A DNA stretch of 61,773 nucleotides. Origin: an uncultured Syntrophales bacterium. GTDB taxonomy: Bacteria; Desulfobacterota; Syntrophia; Syntrophales; JADFWA01. The number at the start of each line of letters is the position of its first letter. Position 1 is the first letter of the stretch. The stretch covers positions 1 to 61,773 of the forward strand of contig CAZZBF010000007.1 of assembly GCA_964652795.1 (NCBI GenBank), read 5' to 3'. Below, piece by piece: positions 20,108 to 29,626 of this stretch. The notes beneath the pieces were generated by a model. The model did no database searches. It was not told the origin of the DNA and was given only the letters and a program-made list of their open reading frames with translations. A program made the translations under genes and the position numbers.

Positions 20108-21493
20108 ATGAAACAAAACTATCAGTTTATGCCTGTATATCTATTTTTAAGATTTGTTGATATAATATTGGGAGTTGTTACCGGATTGCCACTAATTATG
20201 TACATGCTTGTCAATTCAGTAGTTGGGAAAAAATCTCGTTTACTACGAAAGAACATGTTGGTTCTTGACATGGCTTACACGCTTGAAATGGTTAAGAAAA
20301 GACAACTTCACCAGGCCGTCATAACCAGAGATTTAAATGGGTATTTTGAACATGTTTGGTCCGTGCATCTTTGCGCAACTGTTATACCACAGGAAAATAT
20401 AGAAGAAACCTTCGGTAAAATAACGATAACATCTTTTTCCCCAAAACATACGATTATCGAAGGAAAAATAGGCCGATTCCGTGTGCTAAAAAAAATCCCA
20501 TTAACGAATTTTCTTTTAGCTCAGTGGAATATCTGCTTATATCTCTATAGGTTGATAAAAAGTCAAGGTATTTCCGTCATCCGTGCTGGCGAACCATATT
20601 ATCAGGGTTTAATTGGACTGGCTTTGGCAAGAGGAAATGGAATCCCTTGTGCGTTCAGAATACCCATAAATTATGACTTATTTCATCAGGTATCAGGTGA
20701 CGTGGCATGGCCCAGGTTATTTCGAAAGCGATGGATTGAGAAATTAATAGATCATTATACGCTAAAAAGGGCTGATCTCGTTGCTGGAGCAAATCAGGAT
20801 TGCCTTAATTTTGCGCTTAATAACGGCGCCAGAAAGGAATATTCTACCGTATTTAGATATGGAAACTTGATCCATAATGCTCATTTTCAGCCACCTGACG
20901 AAAGACCGCAGGCCGAAGATGTGTTACAGAAATTGGGGCTTTCTAACAAGAATTTTTCAATAACAATTTCCCGGCTTGAAAAACTTAAGCAAATCGATGA
21001 TGTATTACGCGTTTTGGCCGAGGTTAGACAGCGGGGAATAAATCTTTCAGCTTTGGTAGTCGGTGATGGAAGGATGAAAAATGATCTTGTTAAAATGGCT
21101 GAATCGCTGGAAATTGCCGATAATGTTATTTTTGCAGGTAACCGAAGTCAGGAATGGATAGCCTCTGTTTTGCCCTATGCAAGTGTTGTTATTTCACCAT
21201 TCATGGGTCGGGCATTAACAGAAGCCTCTCTTAGTGGAGTCCCGGTTGCAGCCTATGATATTGAATGGCAATCGGAAGTGATAAAGACAGGTGAGACAGG
21301 CGAGTTGGTTAAATATCGTGATTGGAAAGCAATGGCAGATTCCGTGGCCAAATTTTTGAAAGATTCGAAGTATGCAAAACGTATGGGCACAAATGCTCGA
21401 AACACCGTACTTGAGATGATGGATCCCGCAAAACTTAATCAATACGAAAGAAATGAATATGACAAGCTTTTTGAGAGATATTTCTCGAATTAA
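20108..21493 (+). CDS. GT4 glycosyltransferase
   Basis: SRLEKLK, VVGDG, ALTEASLSGVPV, GETGELV. Confidence 0.85.
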   Translation: MKQNYQFMPVYLFLRFVDIILGVVTGLPLIMYMLVNSVVGKKSRLLRKNMLVLDMAYTLEMVKKRQLHQAVITRDLNGYFEHVWSVHLCATVIPQENIEETFGKITITSFSPKHTIIEGKIGRFRVLKKIPLTNFLLAQWNICLYLYRLIKSQGISVIRAGEPYYQGLIGLALARGNGIPCAFRIPINYDLFHQVSGDVAWPRLFRKRWIEKLIDHYTLKRADLVAGANQDCLNFALNNGARKEYSTVFRYGNLIHNAHFQPPDERPQAEDVLQKLGLSNKNFSITISRLEKLKQIDDVLRVLAEVRQRGINLSALVVGDGRMKNDLVKMAESLEIADNVIFAGNRSQEWIASVLPYASVVISPFMGRALTEASLSGVPVAAYDIEWQSEVIKTGETGELVKYRDWKAMADSVAKFLKDSKYAKRMGTNARNTVLEMMDPAKLNQYERNEYDKLFERYFSN

Positions 21494-21523
21494 GAATTAA
21501 GCAGATTTAACCTGGGGAAAATA

Positions 21524-22270
21524 ATGAGAAATAGAATAACTGGTTTTTTCGATAACATGGCAAGAGACAGAAATAGATCTATTGCTGAAAATCTTGTTGT
21601 GGAATATGAGCAGAAAAAACGATCTCAAATGGTTATCTCTCTCATAGATCCTCAGCCAGGAGAATTGATACTTGATATCGGGTGTGGCAACGCCAGAGAT
21701 CTTATCCCCATTTTAATGAAAGGAAGCAAGGTAACAGGCGTAGACATATCTCCGAGTATGATTGAGGAAGCACGGCGTGAATTGAAAAACTACGACGGTT
21801 TCAAACTGGAAGTTGGAGATGCAACTAACCTCAGATTTTCCAATTCATACTTTGATAAAGTATTGGCCAGTGAAATTATTGAGCATATACCCGACTGGGG
21901 AAAAGCTATAAGTGAAATGATGAGGGTTTTGAAACCAGGGGGATATTTGGTGGTGTCTACACCGAACAGAAAAAGCTGGTATGGATTTGACAGATTTATT
22001 TATGAGAACATTCTGCTACAACAATGGGAACATCCATATGATCAATGGAAAACATACAATGAGCTTGAAAAAGCCTTAATTGAATGTGGATTTAAAATTA
22101 CCTCATATTATGGTGTGTGCTATATACCTGGTTTTATTATTCCCTATTTCGTACTGCCCCGTTGTTTGAAAAGAGCACTTATTTATTGTGTAGAAAAAGT
22201 TGAAGAGAAATTTAGTGCTCTTTTCCCGACTCACGGCTATTTACTTTGTGTAAAAGCGATAAAGAAATAA
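21524..22270 (+). CDS. Class I SAM-dependent methyltransferase (Methyltransf_11)
   Basis: ILDIGCGNA, GVDIS, IIEHIPD, RVLKPGG. Confidence 0.9.
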   Translation: MRNRITGFFDNMARDRNRSIAENLVVEYEQKKRSQMVISLIDPQPGELILDIGCGNARDLIPILMKGSKVTGVDISPSMIEEARRELKNYDGFKLEVGDATNLRFSNSYFDKVLASEIIEHIPDWGKAISEMMRVLKPGGYLVVSTPNRKSWYGFDRFIYENILLQQWEHPYDQWKTYNELEKALIECGFKITSYYGVCYIPGFIIPYFVLPRCLKRALIYCVEKVEEKFSALFPTHGYLLCVKAIKK

Positions 22271-22393
22271 ATTTTTCAAAGTTGCTTTGAAGTTGCCGCG
22301 ATATTATACCCGCTATACAATAATTTTCCTTGCCTAATGATAACAAGCATTCTTTAACGTGACGTTTGAGACTTTTCATATAGAGGTTTATCC

Positions 22394-23518
22394 GTGAATA
22401 TTTTATATATTACTAATACCCTCCATAAAGGTGGAACAGAAGAGCATTTGTTTATTTTGACAAAGGGGTTGCAAGCATACGGAGTGAAAAGTGAGGTTGC
22501 TTTTTTACGTTCTAAGGTTTCCGGTGGTAGTATTGATCTCAGAAATGACTTTGAAAAGGCCGGTGTACAAACACATTGCTTAGGTAGCGAACATTCCTGT
22601 GATCCAAGAATAGGCATACGTTTACATAGACTGCTTGGCCAAAATAAGTGGCATTTGTTACACTCTCATCTTCCGAGGGCAGATGCGGCTGCGGCATGGT
22701 GCAAGTTGTTCGGTCTGAAAATACCATGGATTTCCACACTTCATCATCCTTACGACAATGCATACTCGGCAGCACCATTGATTCCCCTTTTAGCGCCAAT
22801 ATGGAGAAATGCAGATGGTATCATTGCTGTATCAGAACCTGTAAGAAATTGGTCTATCAAACGTCTTGGAGTTCACCCGGATATAGCACATACGATTGTA
22901 CACGGTGTTGATCTCCCCAATATCAGGAATTCCAGACAAAAGACAGGGCGGGATATCGGAAGACAAAAGTTGTGTATTGGTTCAATTGGCCGTTATGAAG
23001 AACGCAAGGGGCATCAAATATTGATCCGTGCCATGCCGCATATTATGGAAGTGTTTCCTAATGTTCAATTAAAAATTGCAGGACATGACCCTTGGGGATA
23101 CGGGAAAACCCTGAAAAAGTTGGTTTCTGAATTAGGATTGGAAAAACATGTTCATTTAGTTGGTTATATTACGGACAAGAACAAGTTTTTTTCTGAACTG
23201 GATATCTTTGCTTTTGCTTCGCTTAAAGAAGGTTTCGGTATAGTAGTATTGGAAGCTATGGCGGAAGCTAAACCAGTAGTAGTATCAAATATCTCGCCTC
23301 TCAAAGAAATTATTTGTCCCGGCGTAAGCGGTTTGGTAGCAGAAAGTCAGAACCCTGAAGATTTCGCGAACGCGATTATTTCCTTGTTCAAAAACCCGAG
23401 CTATATGTACAGAATTGGGGCTGAGGGGGCAAAGCGGGTGGAAGCCGAGTTTTCAACAACAAAAATGCTTCAAAGAACCCTCCAGTATTATAATAGATTT
23501 CTTAAAAAAAATAAGTAA
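22394..23518 (+). CDS. GT4 glycosyltransferase
   Basis: GGTE, GRYEERKG, EGFGIVVLEAMA; GTG start. Confidence 0.9.
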   Translation: MNILYITNTLHKGGTEEHLFILTKGLQAYGVKSEVAFLRSKVSGGSIDLRNDFEKAGVQTHCLGSEHSCDPRIGIRLHRLLGQNKWHLLHSHLPRADAAAAWCKLFGLKIPWISTLHHPYDNAYSAAPLIPLLAPIWRNADGIIAVSEPVRNWSIKRLGVHPDIAHTIVHGVDLPNIRNSRQKTGRDIGRQKLCIGSIGRYEERKGHQILIRAMPHIMEVFPNVQLKIAGHDPWGYGKTLKKLVSELGLEKHVHLVGYITDKNKFFSELDIFAFASLKEGFGIVVLEAMAEAKPVVVSNISPLKEIICPGVSGLVAESQNPEDFANAIISLFKNPSYMYRIGAEGAKRVEAEFSTTKMLQRTLQYYNRFLKKNK

Positions 23519-23521
23519 AAG

Positions 23522-24391
23522 ATGCCAGATTTTAATAAAGTCAACATAGATGTGAAAGTTGTTGAGTCATTTGGCGATGAATGGAGTCGCTTTGACCAAA
23601 GCCAATTATGCGATAAAGATTTTACTGAGATTTTCGCAAATTATTTTGCGATTTTTCCATGGGATACGTTACCTCAAAATGCCGTAGGGCTTGACCTCGG
23701 ATGCGGGAGTGGCAGATGGGCAAGAGCCGTATCCCCTAAAGTGGGCATACTTCATTGCATAGATCCTTCTTCCGCGCTGGAAATCGCTAAAGCCAATTTA
23801 TCAGACTATAACAATTGTTTTTTTCATCACGCCGGTGTGGATAATATCCCCTTGCCTGAAAATTCGGCCGATTTCGGTTATTCATTAGGGGTTTTACATC
23901 ACATACCCGATACCGCCGGGGGAATTAAATCATGTGTACGCAAATTGAAACGTGGTGCTCCACTCTTACTTTATCTATACTACGCTTTTGATAATCGTCC
24001 TGTGTGGTTCCGGTTTCTCTGGAAAATCAGTAATTGTGGAAGAATCTTATTGAGTCGCACTCCGCATCGAGTGAAAAGCTTTTGCTGTGATATAATTGCT
24101 TTTTTTATTTATTGGCCTTTAGCCCGTATTTCATGGATATTGGGAAAGATGAATTTGGATATAGGATCGTTTCCTTTAAGCTATTACCGCAACCGCAGCT
24201 TTTACGTCATGCGAACGGATGCTCTTGATCGCTTTGGCACACGATTGGAAAAACGATTCACAAAGCAGCAAATTCAAAACATGATGGAAGATGCCGGATT
24301 AGAAAATATTCAATTTAGCGAAAAACCACCACATTGGGTGGCCGTTGGTGTAAGAAGCACAAAATTGGAAAAAACCTCAGACGAGAATTAA
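23522..24391 (+). CDS. Class I SAM-dependent methyltransferase
   Basis: DLGCGSGRW, YSLGVLHHIPD, LYLYY, DRFGT. Confidence 0.9.
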   Translation: MPDFNKVNIDVKVVESFGDEWSRFDQSQLCDKDFTEIFANYFAIFPWDTLPQNAVGLDLGCGSGRWARAVSPKVGILHCIDPSSALEIAKANLSDYNNCFFHHAGVDNIPLPENSADFGYSLGVLHHIPDTAGGIKSCVRKLKRGAPLLLYLYYAFDNRPVWFRFLWKISNCGRILLSRTPHRVKSFCCDIIAFFIYWPLARISWILGKMNLDIGSFPLSYYRNRSFYVMRTDALDRFGTRLEKRFTKQQIQNMMEDAGLENIQFSEKPPHWVAVGVRSTKLEKTSDEN

Positions 24392-24754
24392 ACCAGAGGT
24401 AGATTGCCCGTACTGCGGCATTTATCAAGAACAATCAAGGTCTTATTCACGATCCTGAGGTTGCCGACCTTGATAGTAGCAATATCTGTCGTTTTCAGGG
24501 CCAAAAAGAAACCCATTTAACCTTCTTGTTTTGGCGTAGGTCGCTCTGGCTGCACATGTTCCCATGCTTTTTTTTTGAAACACAATTTCGATACGCAATG
24601 CTTGCATGGGATCTTTGCGCAATAGTTACCATTGCTGTGATTGCACAACATGTTTCAATAAGTGTTCTGTCATCTTATATTCCATTTATCAAATCATTGA
24701 TGAAACGTACCTCGCTTTCTTGATAAAGTGTATGAAAGGAAGGACTTTTAATTA

Positions 24755-26728
24755 ATGTGTGGTTTTGCCGGATTTATTGACATAGCCAAATCATCTTCAA
24801 ACGAAGTATTGAAACAAACGGTCGAACGAATGGCAGAAACCATGCGCCACCGGGGGCCGGATGATGGAGGGACGTGGGTTGACGCATCCAGCGGGGTTGT
24901 CTTGGGATTCAGGAGGCTTTCTATAATTGATCTGTCATCGGCTGGCCATCAGCCCATGATCTCGCACAACGGAAGATATATCATAATATTTAATGGTGAA
25001 ATATATAATTACCAAGATATAAGAAAAGAACTGGAGATCGCCTGGCGAGGTAATTCGGATACTGAAACGATTCTGGAAGCGATCAGTGCCTGGGGTGTAG
25101 AAATCGCACTGAAGAAATTCATCGGTATGTTTGCCTTAACTCTCTGGGGACAGTAAAGAAAGGAAATTGGTTCTGGCGCGTGACCGGATGAGAGAGAAGC
25201 CTCTTTACTATGGATGGTTGGGAAATACATTCATTTTCGGTTCTGAACTCAAAGCGTTGAGAGCCTTTCCGGCGTCAATACTCTCTGGCCAACCGCCATG
25301 GGAGATAGACCGGAATGCTCTGTGCCTATATCTGAGATATAATTATGTTCCTGCCCCCTATTCCATTTACAAAGGTATCTGGAAGCTTCCCCAGGGGAGC
25401 TATGTCAAACTCGGATCAAAAGAGATAGGGGAGAAAAATTATAAAGTTAAAAAATACTGGGATATTCTGGAGATTGCCGAGAAAGGCATAGCAAACCCCT
25501 TCGGTGGAACGGATACGGAGGCGATCAATGGACTCGACACCTTACTACGTAAAACCGTTAGAGAGCAGATGGTGTCCGACGTTCCTCTTGAGGCGTTTCT
25601 CTCCGGTGGCGTCGACTCTTCAACTATCGTTGCCCTCATGCAGGCGCAGAGCACCCGACCAATTAAAACCTTCACTATAGGTTTTTACGAAAAAGGTTAT
25701 AATGAAGCCGTAAACGCTAAAGCTGTGGCACAACATCTGGGGACAGATCACGCGGAACTCTATGTCACGGAAGAAGCAGCCCTGTCCATAATTCCTAAAC
25801 TTCCACAAATCTATGACGAACCTTTTTCCGATTCTTCCCAGATACCAACTTTCCTTGTATCCGAAATGACGCGCAGGCATGTTACCGTCAGCCTTTCCGG
25901 TAACGGTGGCGATGAACTTTTCGGTAGCTACACCAGGTATTTCTGGGGTCCTGATATCTGGCGGCGGATTGGATGGATACCGGAAGCAATGAGGAAAATA
26001 ACGGCAAAGACTCTGACGTCCCTTTCTCCAGATATCTAGGACGATATCTTTCAATCACTGGATTTTCTGATTCCAAGACCTCTTACACAGAGGATGCCCG
26101 GATCCAAGATATATACAAGCTCGCCGAAATCCTGTCTGTCAGGAGTCCAGAAAAGCTCTACAAGCACCTTGTATCCACATGGCAGGATCCAGCATCGGTT
26201 GTAATCAACGGTCAGGGAGAATATCCCCTCCCTTTCGATAATATTCAGTGGCCATTATTGTCTTCCTTTGTGAATCGTATGATGTTCCTGGATGCCGTCA
26301 CCTATCTGCCGGATGACATTCTTGTAAAAGTGGATCGGGCAAGTATGAACGTGAGCCTTGAATCGCGCACCCCTTTCCTCAATCATCATGTCGTGGAGTT
26401 TGCTTGGCAGCTTCCCCATGTCATGAAGGTTCGCAACATAACGGGAAAATTGCTTCTGCGAGAAATTCTTTGCAAATACGTTCCTAAAGAATTAATTGAA
26501 AGGCCAAAAATGGGCTTTGGAATCCCCATGGGAACTTTTCTAAGAGGTTCACTGCGGCCCTGGGCCGAGGAACTACTTGATGAGAAACGATTAAAAAATG
26601 AAGGGGTTTTCCGTCACGAGGTGGTCAGGGGAAAATGGCAGGAACACCTCTCCAATCGTAGAAACTGGCAGTATGACCTCTGGACGGTCTTGATGTTTCA
26701 ATCTTGGCTGGAGACGGAGAGGGCATGA
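24755..26728 (+). pseudogene. asnB: Asparagine synthase (glutamine-hydrolysing)-like glycan amidotransferase pseudogene
   Basis: MCGFAG, HRGPD, FNGEIYN, FLSGGVDSS, KVDRASM, SLESRTPFL. Lesions: +1 in the G-run 25146-25149, TAG 26037-26039, +2 in the AT run 26109-26115. Confidence 0.9.
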
Positions 26729-27876
26729 TGAGAAACAGGCCGAAAATACTGTTTCTTGTTACGGAGGATTGGTATTTCTGGTCCCATCGTCTTCCTATTG
26801 CACGGGGTATAAGGAATGAAGGCATTGAAGTTTTGGTCGCCACAAGAATCAATCAATATAATGACCACATCGCAAACGAGGGATTCAGGGTAATCCCGAT
26901 AAGTTTGAAAAGAAAGAGTAAAAATATAATAAGGGAAATTTATAGTATTCTAGAAATAATTCGAATTTATCGCAAGGAAAAACCTGATATAGTTCACCAT
27001 ATAGCCATAAAGCCTATTTCGTATGGATCATTTGCGGCATGGATTGCCGGCGTTCCTCATGTGGTAAATGCTTTTACAGGTCTGGGTTTTATATTTATAA
27101 AGAAGGGACGTTTAGCATCAGCCATCAGGAAATTGATTATTTTTATTTATCGACTTGCATTTTCATCTAAAAATATCTTCGCAATATTTCAAAACCCCGA
27201 TGATTTAAAACTATTTGTTGATTTGCATATTGTCAAGAATGATAAGGCCGTTTTGATACGCGGGTCTGGCGTTGACATTGCTCATTTTCTTAATCTTCCC
27301 GAGCCGGCAGGAATCCCGGTTATAACATTAGCGTCACGCATGATCTGGGATAAGGGGATTGGGGAATTAGTGGATGCGACAAGACAACTCCACAATAGCG
27401 GTGTGAAGTGTCGGACTATCCTTGTGGGTGCTCCAGATTCTGATAATCCTGCTTCTATTCCGGAATATGTGCTTCGTAACTGGCATGCTGAGGGTGTTAT
27501 TGAATGGTGGGGGCACAGAAGTGATATCGCGGAGATATTTGCAAAATCTAACATTGTGGTATTGACTTCTTATAGAGAAGGACTTCCAAAAGTGTTGCTT
27601 GAAGCGGCTTCCTGTGGCCGTTCTATTGTTGCTACTGATGTACCAGGATGCAGGGAAATCGTTCGCAATAATGAAAACGGTTTTTTAGTTCCTCCATATG
27701 ACTCAAAATCTCTTGCCGTCGCACTTAAGACTCTGATAAAAAATCCAAAACTTAGGGCAAGAATGGGGGCAAGTAGTCGTGAAATTGTTATGGCTGAATT
27801 CTCGGAGGAGATTGTAGTTAAACAGACAATGGAACTATATGAAAATATATTTTTAAAAAAGAGAGCTTTCTTGTGA
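26725..27876 (+). CDS. GT4 glycosyltransferase (Cap1E/WbpT-like)
   Basis: TEDWYFWSHRL, RGSGVD, WDKGIGE, SYREGLPKVLLEA. Confidence 0.9.
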   Translation: MMRNRPKILFLVTEDWYFWSHRLPIARGIRNEGIEVLVATRINQYNDHIANEGFRVIPISLKRKSKNIIREIYSILEIIRIYRKEKPDIVHHIAIKPISYGSFAAWIAGVPHVVNAFTGLGFIFIKKGRLASAIRKLIIFIYRLAFSSKNIFAIFQNPDDLKLFVDLHIVKNDKAVLIRGSGVDIAHFLNLPEPAGIPVITLASRMIWDKGIGELVDATRQLHNSGVKCRTILVGAPDSDNPASIPEYVLRNWHAEGVIEWWGHRSDIAEIFAKSNIVVLTSYREGLPKVLLEAASCGRSIVATDVPGCREIVRNNENGFLVPPYDSKSLAVALKTLIKNPKLRARMGASSREIVMAEFSEEIVVKQTMELYENIFLKKRAFL

Positions 27877-27911
27877 TTAGTATAGGTTCCCAACTTTTTT
27901 ATGATAAACAG

Positions 27912-28871
27912 ATGAAAAAGATTTTAATAACCGGCTCCACAGGCTTCATAGGGAGCGCCTTGTGTTATAAATTATCACTCGATAATAAAGTAATCGGGGT
28001 AGATATCGCAAAAAGTCCTGATGACCATGCCAAGATTACCTGGGAACAGGCAGACCTGACGGATTTTAATTCAGTAACTGCAATTTGCGAAAAGTATTCC
28101 CCGGATGTGGTTATTCATTGTGCTGGCATTGCGCATCAAAAGATCGGGGCAGTTAGTTACGACACCTATATGCGGGTGAACAGTGAAGCTACTGAAAATC
28201 TTGCAAAGGCCGCTACCGAAAGTAATCCTGATGTAAGTTTCATTTTTCTTTCTTCTGTATCCGTGTATGGGGAAGAAAACCTGAGCGCGCCGGTTTCTGA
28301 AGAAAGCGTTTGTTATCCTTCAAGTGATTATGCAACAAGTAAACTGGATGCTGAGGAACGGCTTATTTCTCTATCTTATAATGGCATGATTCGTAATTTA
28401 GTCATCTTACGCCTGGCTCCAGTATACGATCGTGATTGGAGTTTTAACCTTGACCGTCGTGTGCTGGCACCTTTTCGGATGGCTTACATTCGCTTTGGCA
28501 ATGGGTTACAAAAAATGTCGGCATTGGCAAGGCCAAATCTGGTTGATTTTGTTGAATTCATAATTCACAGATTACATACATTAACACAGATTAAAATATT
28601 CAATGTTTCTGACGCAGCGCCTTATGAATTCAATACTATTGTTAGAATATTTAAAAAATCGGCCATCTGTCCGAACCGGCCTGTGATTTCGGTTCCGTTG
28701 TCTTTCGTCTGGTTCGCGACACGTACTATAGATGCTTTCTTTCCGAAGAAAAGAAGATGGATTCATTCCTGCTACGATAAATTGGCGTATGATCTGGTTA
28801 TCGATAATGGGAAAATGATGGGGACGGAATTCAGGCCAATTCACACACCTGAAACAATTTTTTTATCATAG
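27912..28871 (+). CDS. NAD-dependent epimerase/reductase (extended SDR)
   Basis: TGSTGFIG, SSVSVYG, YATSK. Confidence 0.85.
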   Translation: MKKILITGSTGFIGSALCYKLSLDNKVIGVDIAKSPDDHAKITWEQADLTDFNSVTAICEKYSPDVVIHCAGIAHQKIGAVSYDTYMRVNSEATENLAKAATESNPDVSFIFLSSVSVYGEENLSAPVSEESVCYPSSDYATSKLDAEERLISLSYNGMIRNLVILRLAPVYDRDWSFNLDRRVLAPFRMAYIRFGNGLQKMSALARPNLVDFVEFIIHRLHTLTQIKIFNVSDAAPYEFNTIVRIFKKSAICPNRPVISVPLSFVWFATRTIDAFFPKKRRWIHSCYDKLAYDLVIDNGKMMGTEFRPIHTPETIFLS

Positions 28872-28887
28872 GAAGCATTATATTTAT

Positions 28888-29448
28888 ATGAAGCGTATTT
28901 TTGATCTGACTATGGCCGGTTTCTTATTCTGTTTTCTAAGTGTACCGATTCTTGTTGTCGGAGTGATAGTAAAGCTGACTTCTGAAGGACCGGTTCTGTA
29001 CTGGTCGGACAGGGTGGGAATTAATAATACGATTTTCAGGATGCCCAAGTTCCGGACTATGATCATAGATACCCCTGCCGTTGCAACCCATCTCATGAAA
29101 AATCCCGATATTTATCTTACTCTGGTTGGGTCTTTTCTGCGCAAGTTCAGTCTGGATGAATTGCCGCAGCTGTACAGTATTTTAAAAGGAGACATAAGCT
29201 TTGTCGGCCCGCGTCCGGCTTTATATAATCAGGATGATCTGGTTGAGCTTAGAACCGGGAAAGGAATTCACAAACTCACCCCCGGAATCACCGGCTGGGC
29301 ACAGGTAAATGGAAGGGATGAATTGCCGATTCCTGTGAAGGTTGAATTTGATGAGTATTATCTTAAAAACAGGTCTTTCGCCCTCGACTTTAAGATATTG
29401 TGGATGACATTGATGAAGGTTGTGAGGAGAGAGGGGGTTGTGCACTAA
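28888..29448 (+). CDS. Initiating undecaprenyl-phosphate sugar-1-phosphate transferase (small PGT)
   Basis: [44 protein letters not shown]. Confidence 0.9.
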   Translation: MKRIFDLTMAGFLFCFLSVPILVVGVIVKLTSEGPVLYWSDRVGINNTIFRMPKFRTMIIDTPAVATHLMKNPDIYLTLVGSFLRKFSLDELPQLYSILKGDISFVGPRPALYNQDDLVELRTGKGIHKLTPGITGWAQVNGRDELPIPVKVEFDEYYLKNRSFALDFKILWMTLMKVVRREGVVH

Positions 29449-29555
29449 GAATAGAAAAGTGGATATAAATTGTTGAGCGGGGAAAAGAGATTGCGAATTG
29501 TTCACACATTTACTATACTTCGAAAAATGAAGAAATGAGTTTGTCTTGCGTGCCA

Positions 29556-29590
29556 CCTTCGCTACGTTCGGGGCTTCGGCTCACCGCAAT
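29556..29590. repeat. Second, partial copy of the REP/MITE-like element
   Basis: CCTTCGCTACGTTCGGGGCTTCGGCTCACCGCAAT; 28 of 35 identical to 5866-5900, same orientation. Confidence 0.55.
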
Positions 29591-29626
29591 AAGACAATAT
29601 GAGTCTCTCAAGATCAGTGTAAAAAC

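Noticed and set aside
24392-24754. Possible remnant of a membrane protein or glycosyltransferase (65-aa hydrophobic ORF 24526-24723)
   Set aside because: No recognisable motif, a TTG start without a clear RBS, and stops in adjacent frames. A TBLASTX search would be needed.
3860-26039. Amber (TAG) recoding or pyrrolysine, suggested by several in-frame TAGs (IS630, istB twice, cmcI, asnB)
   Set aside because: The same genes also carry frameshifts or TGA stops, the interrupted positions correspond to different residues, and TAG is the true stop of intact genes such as wecB, meaB, sdhD and carboxyltransferase 1.
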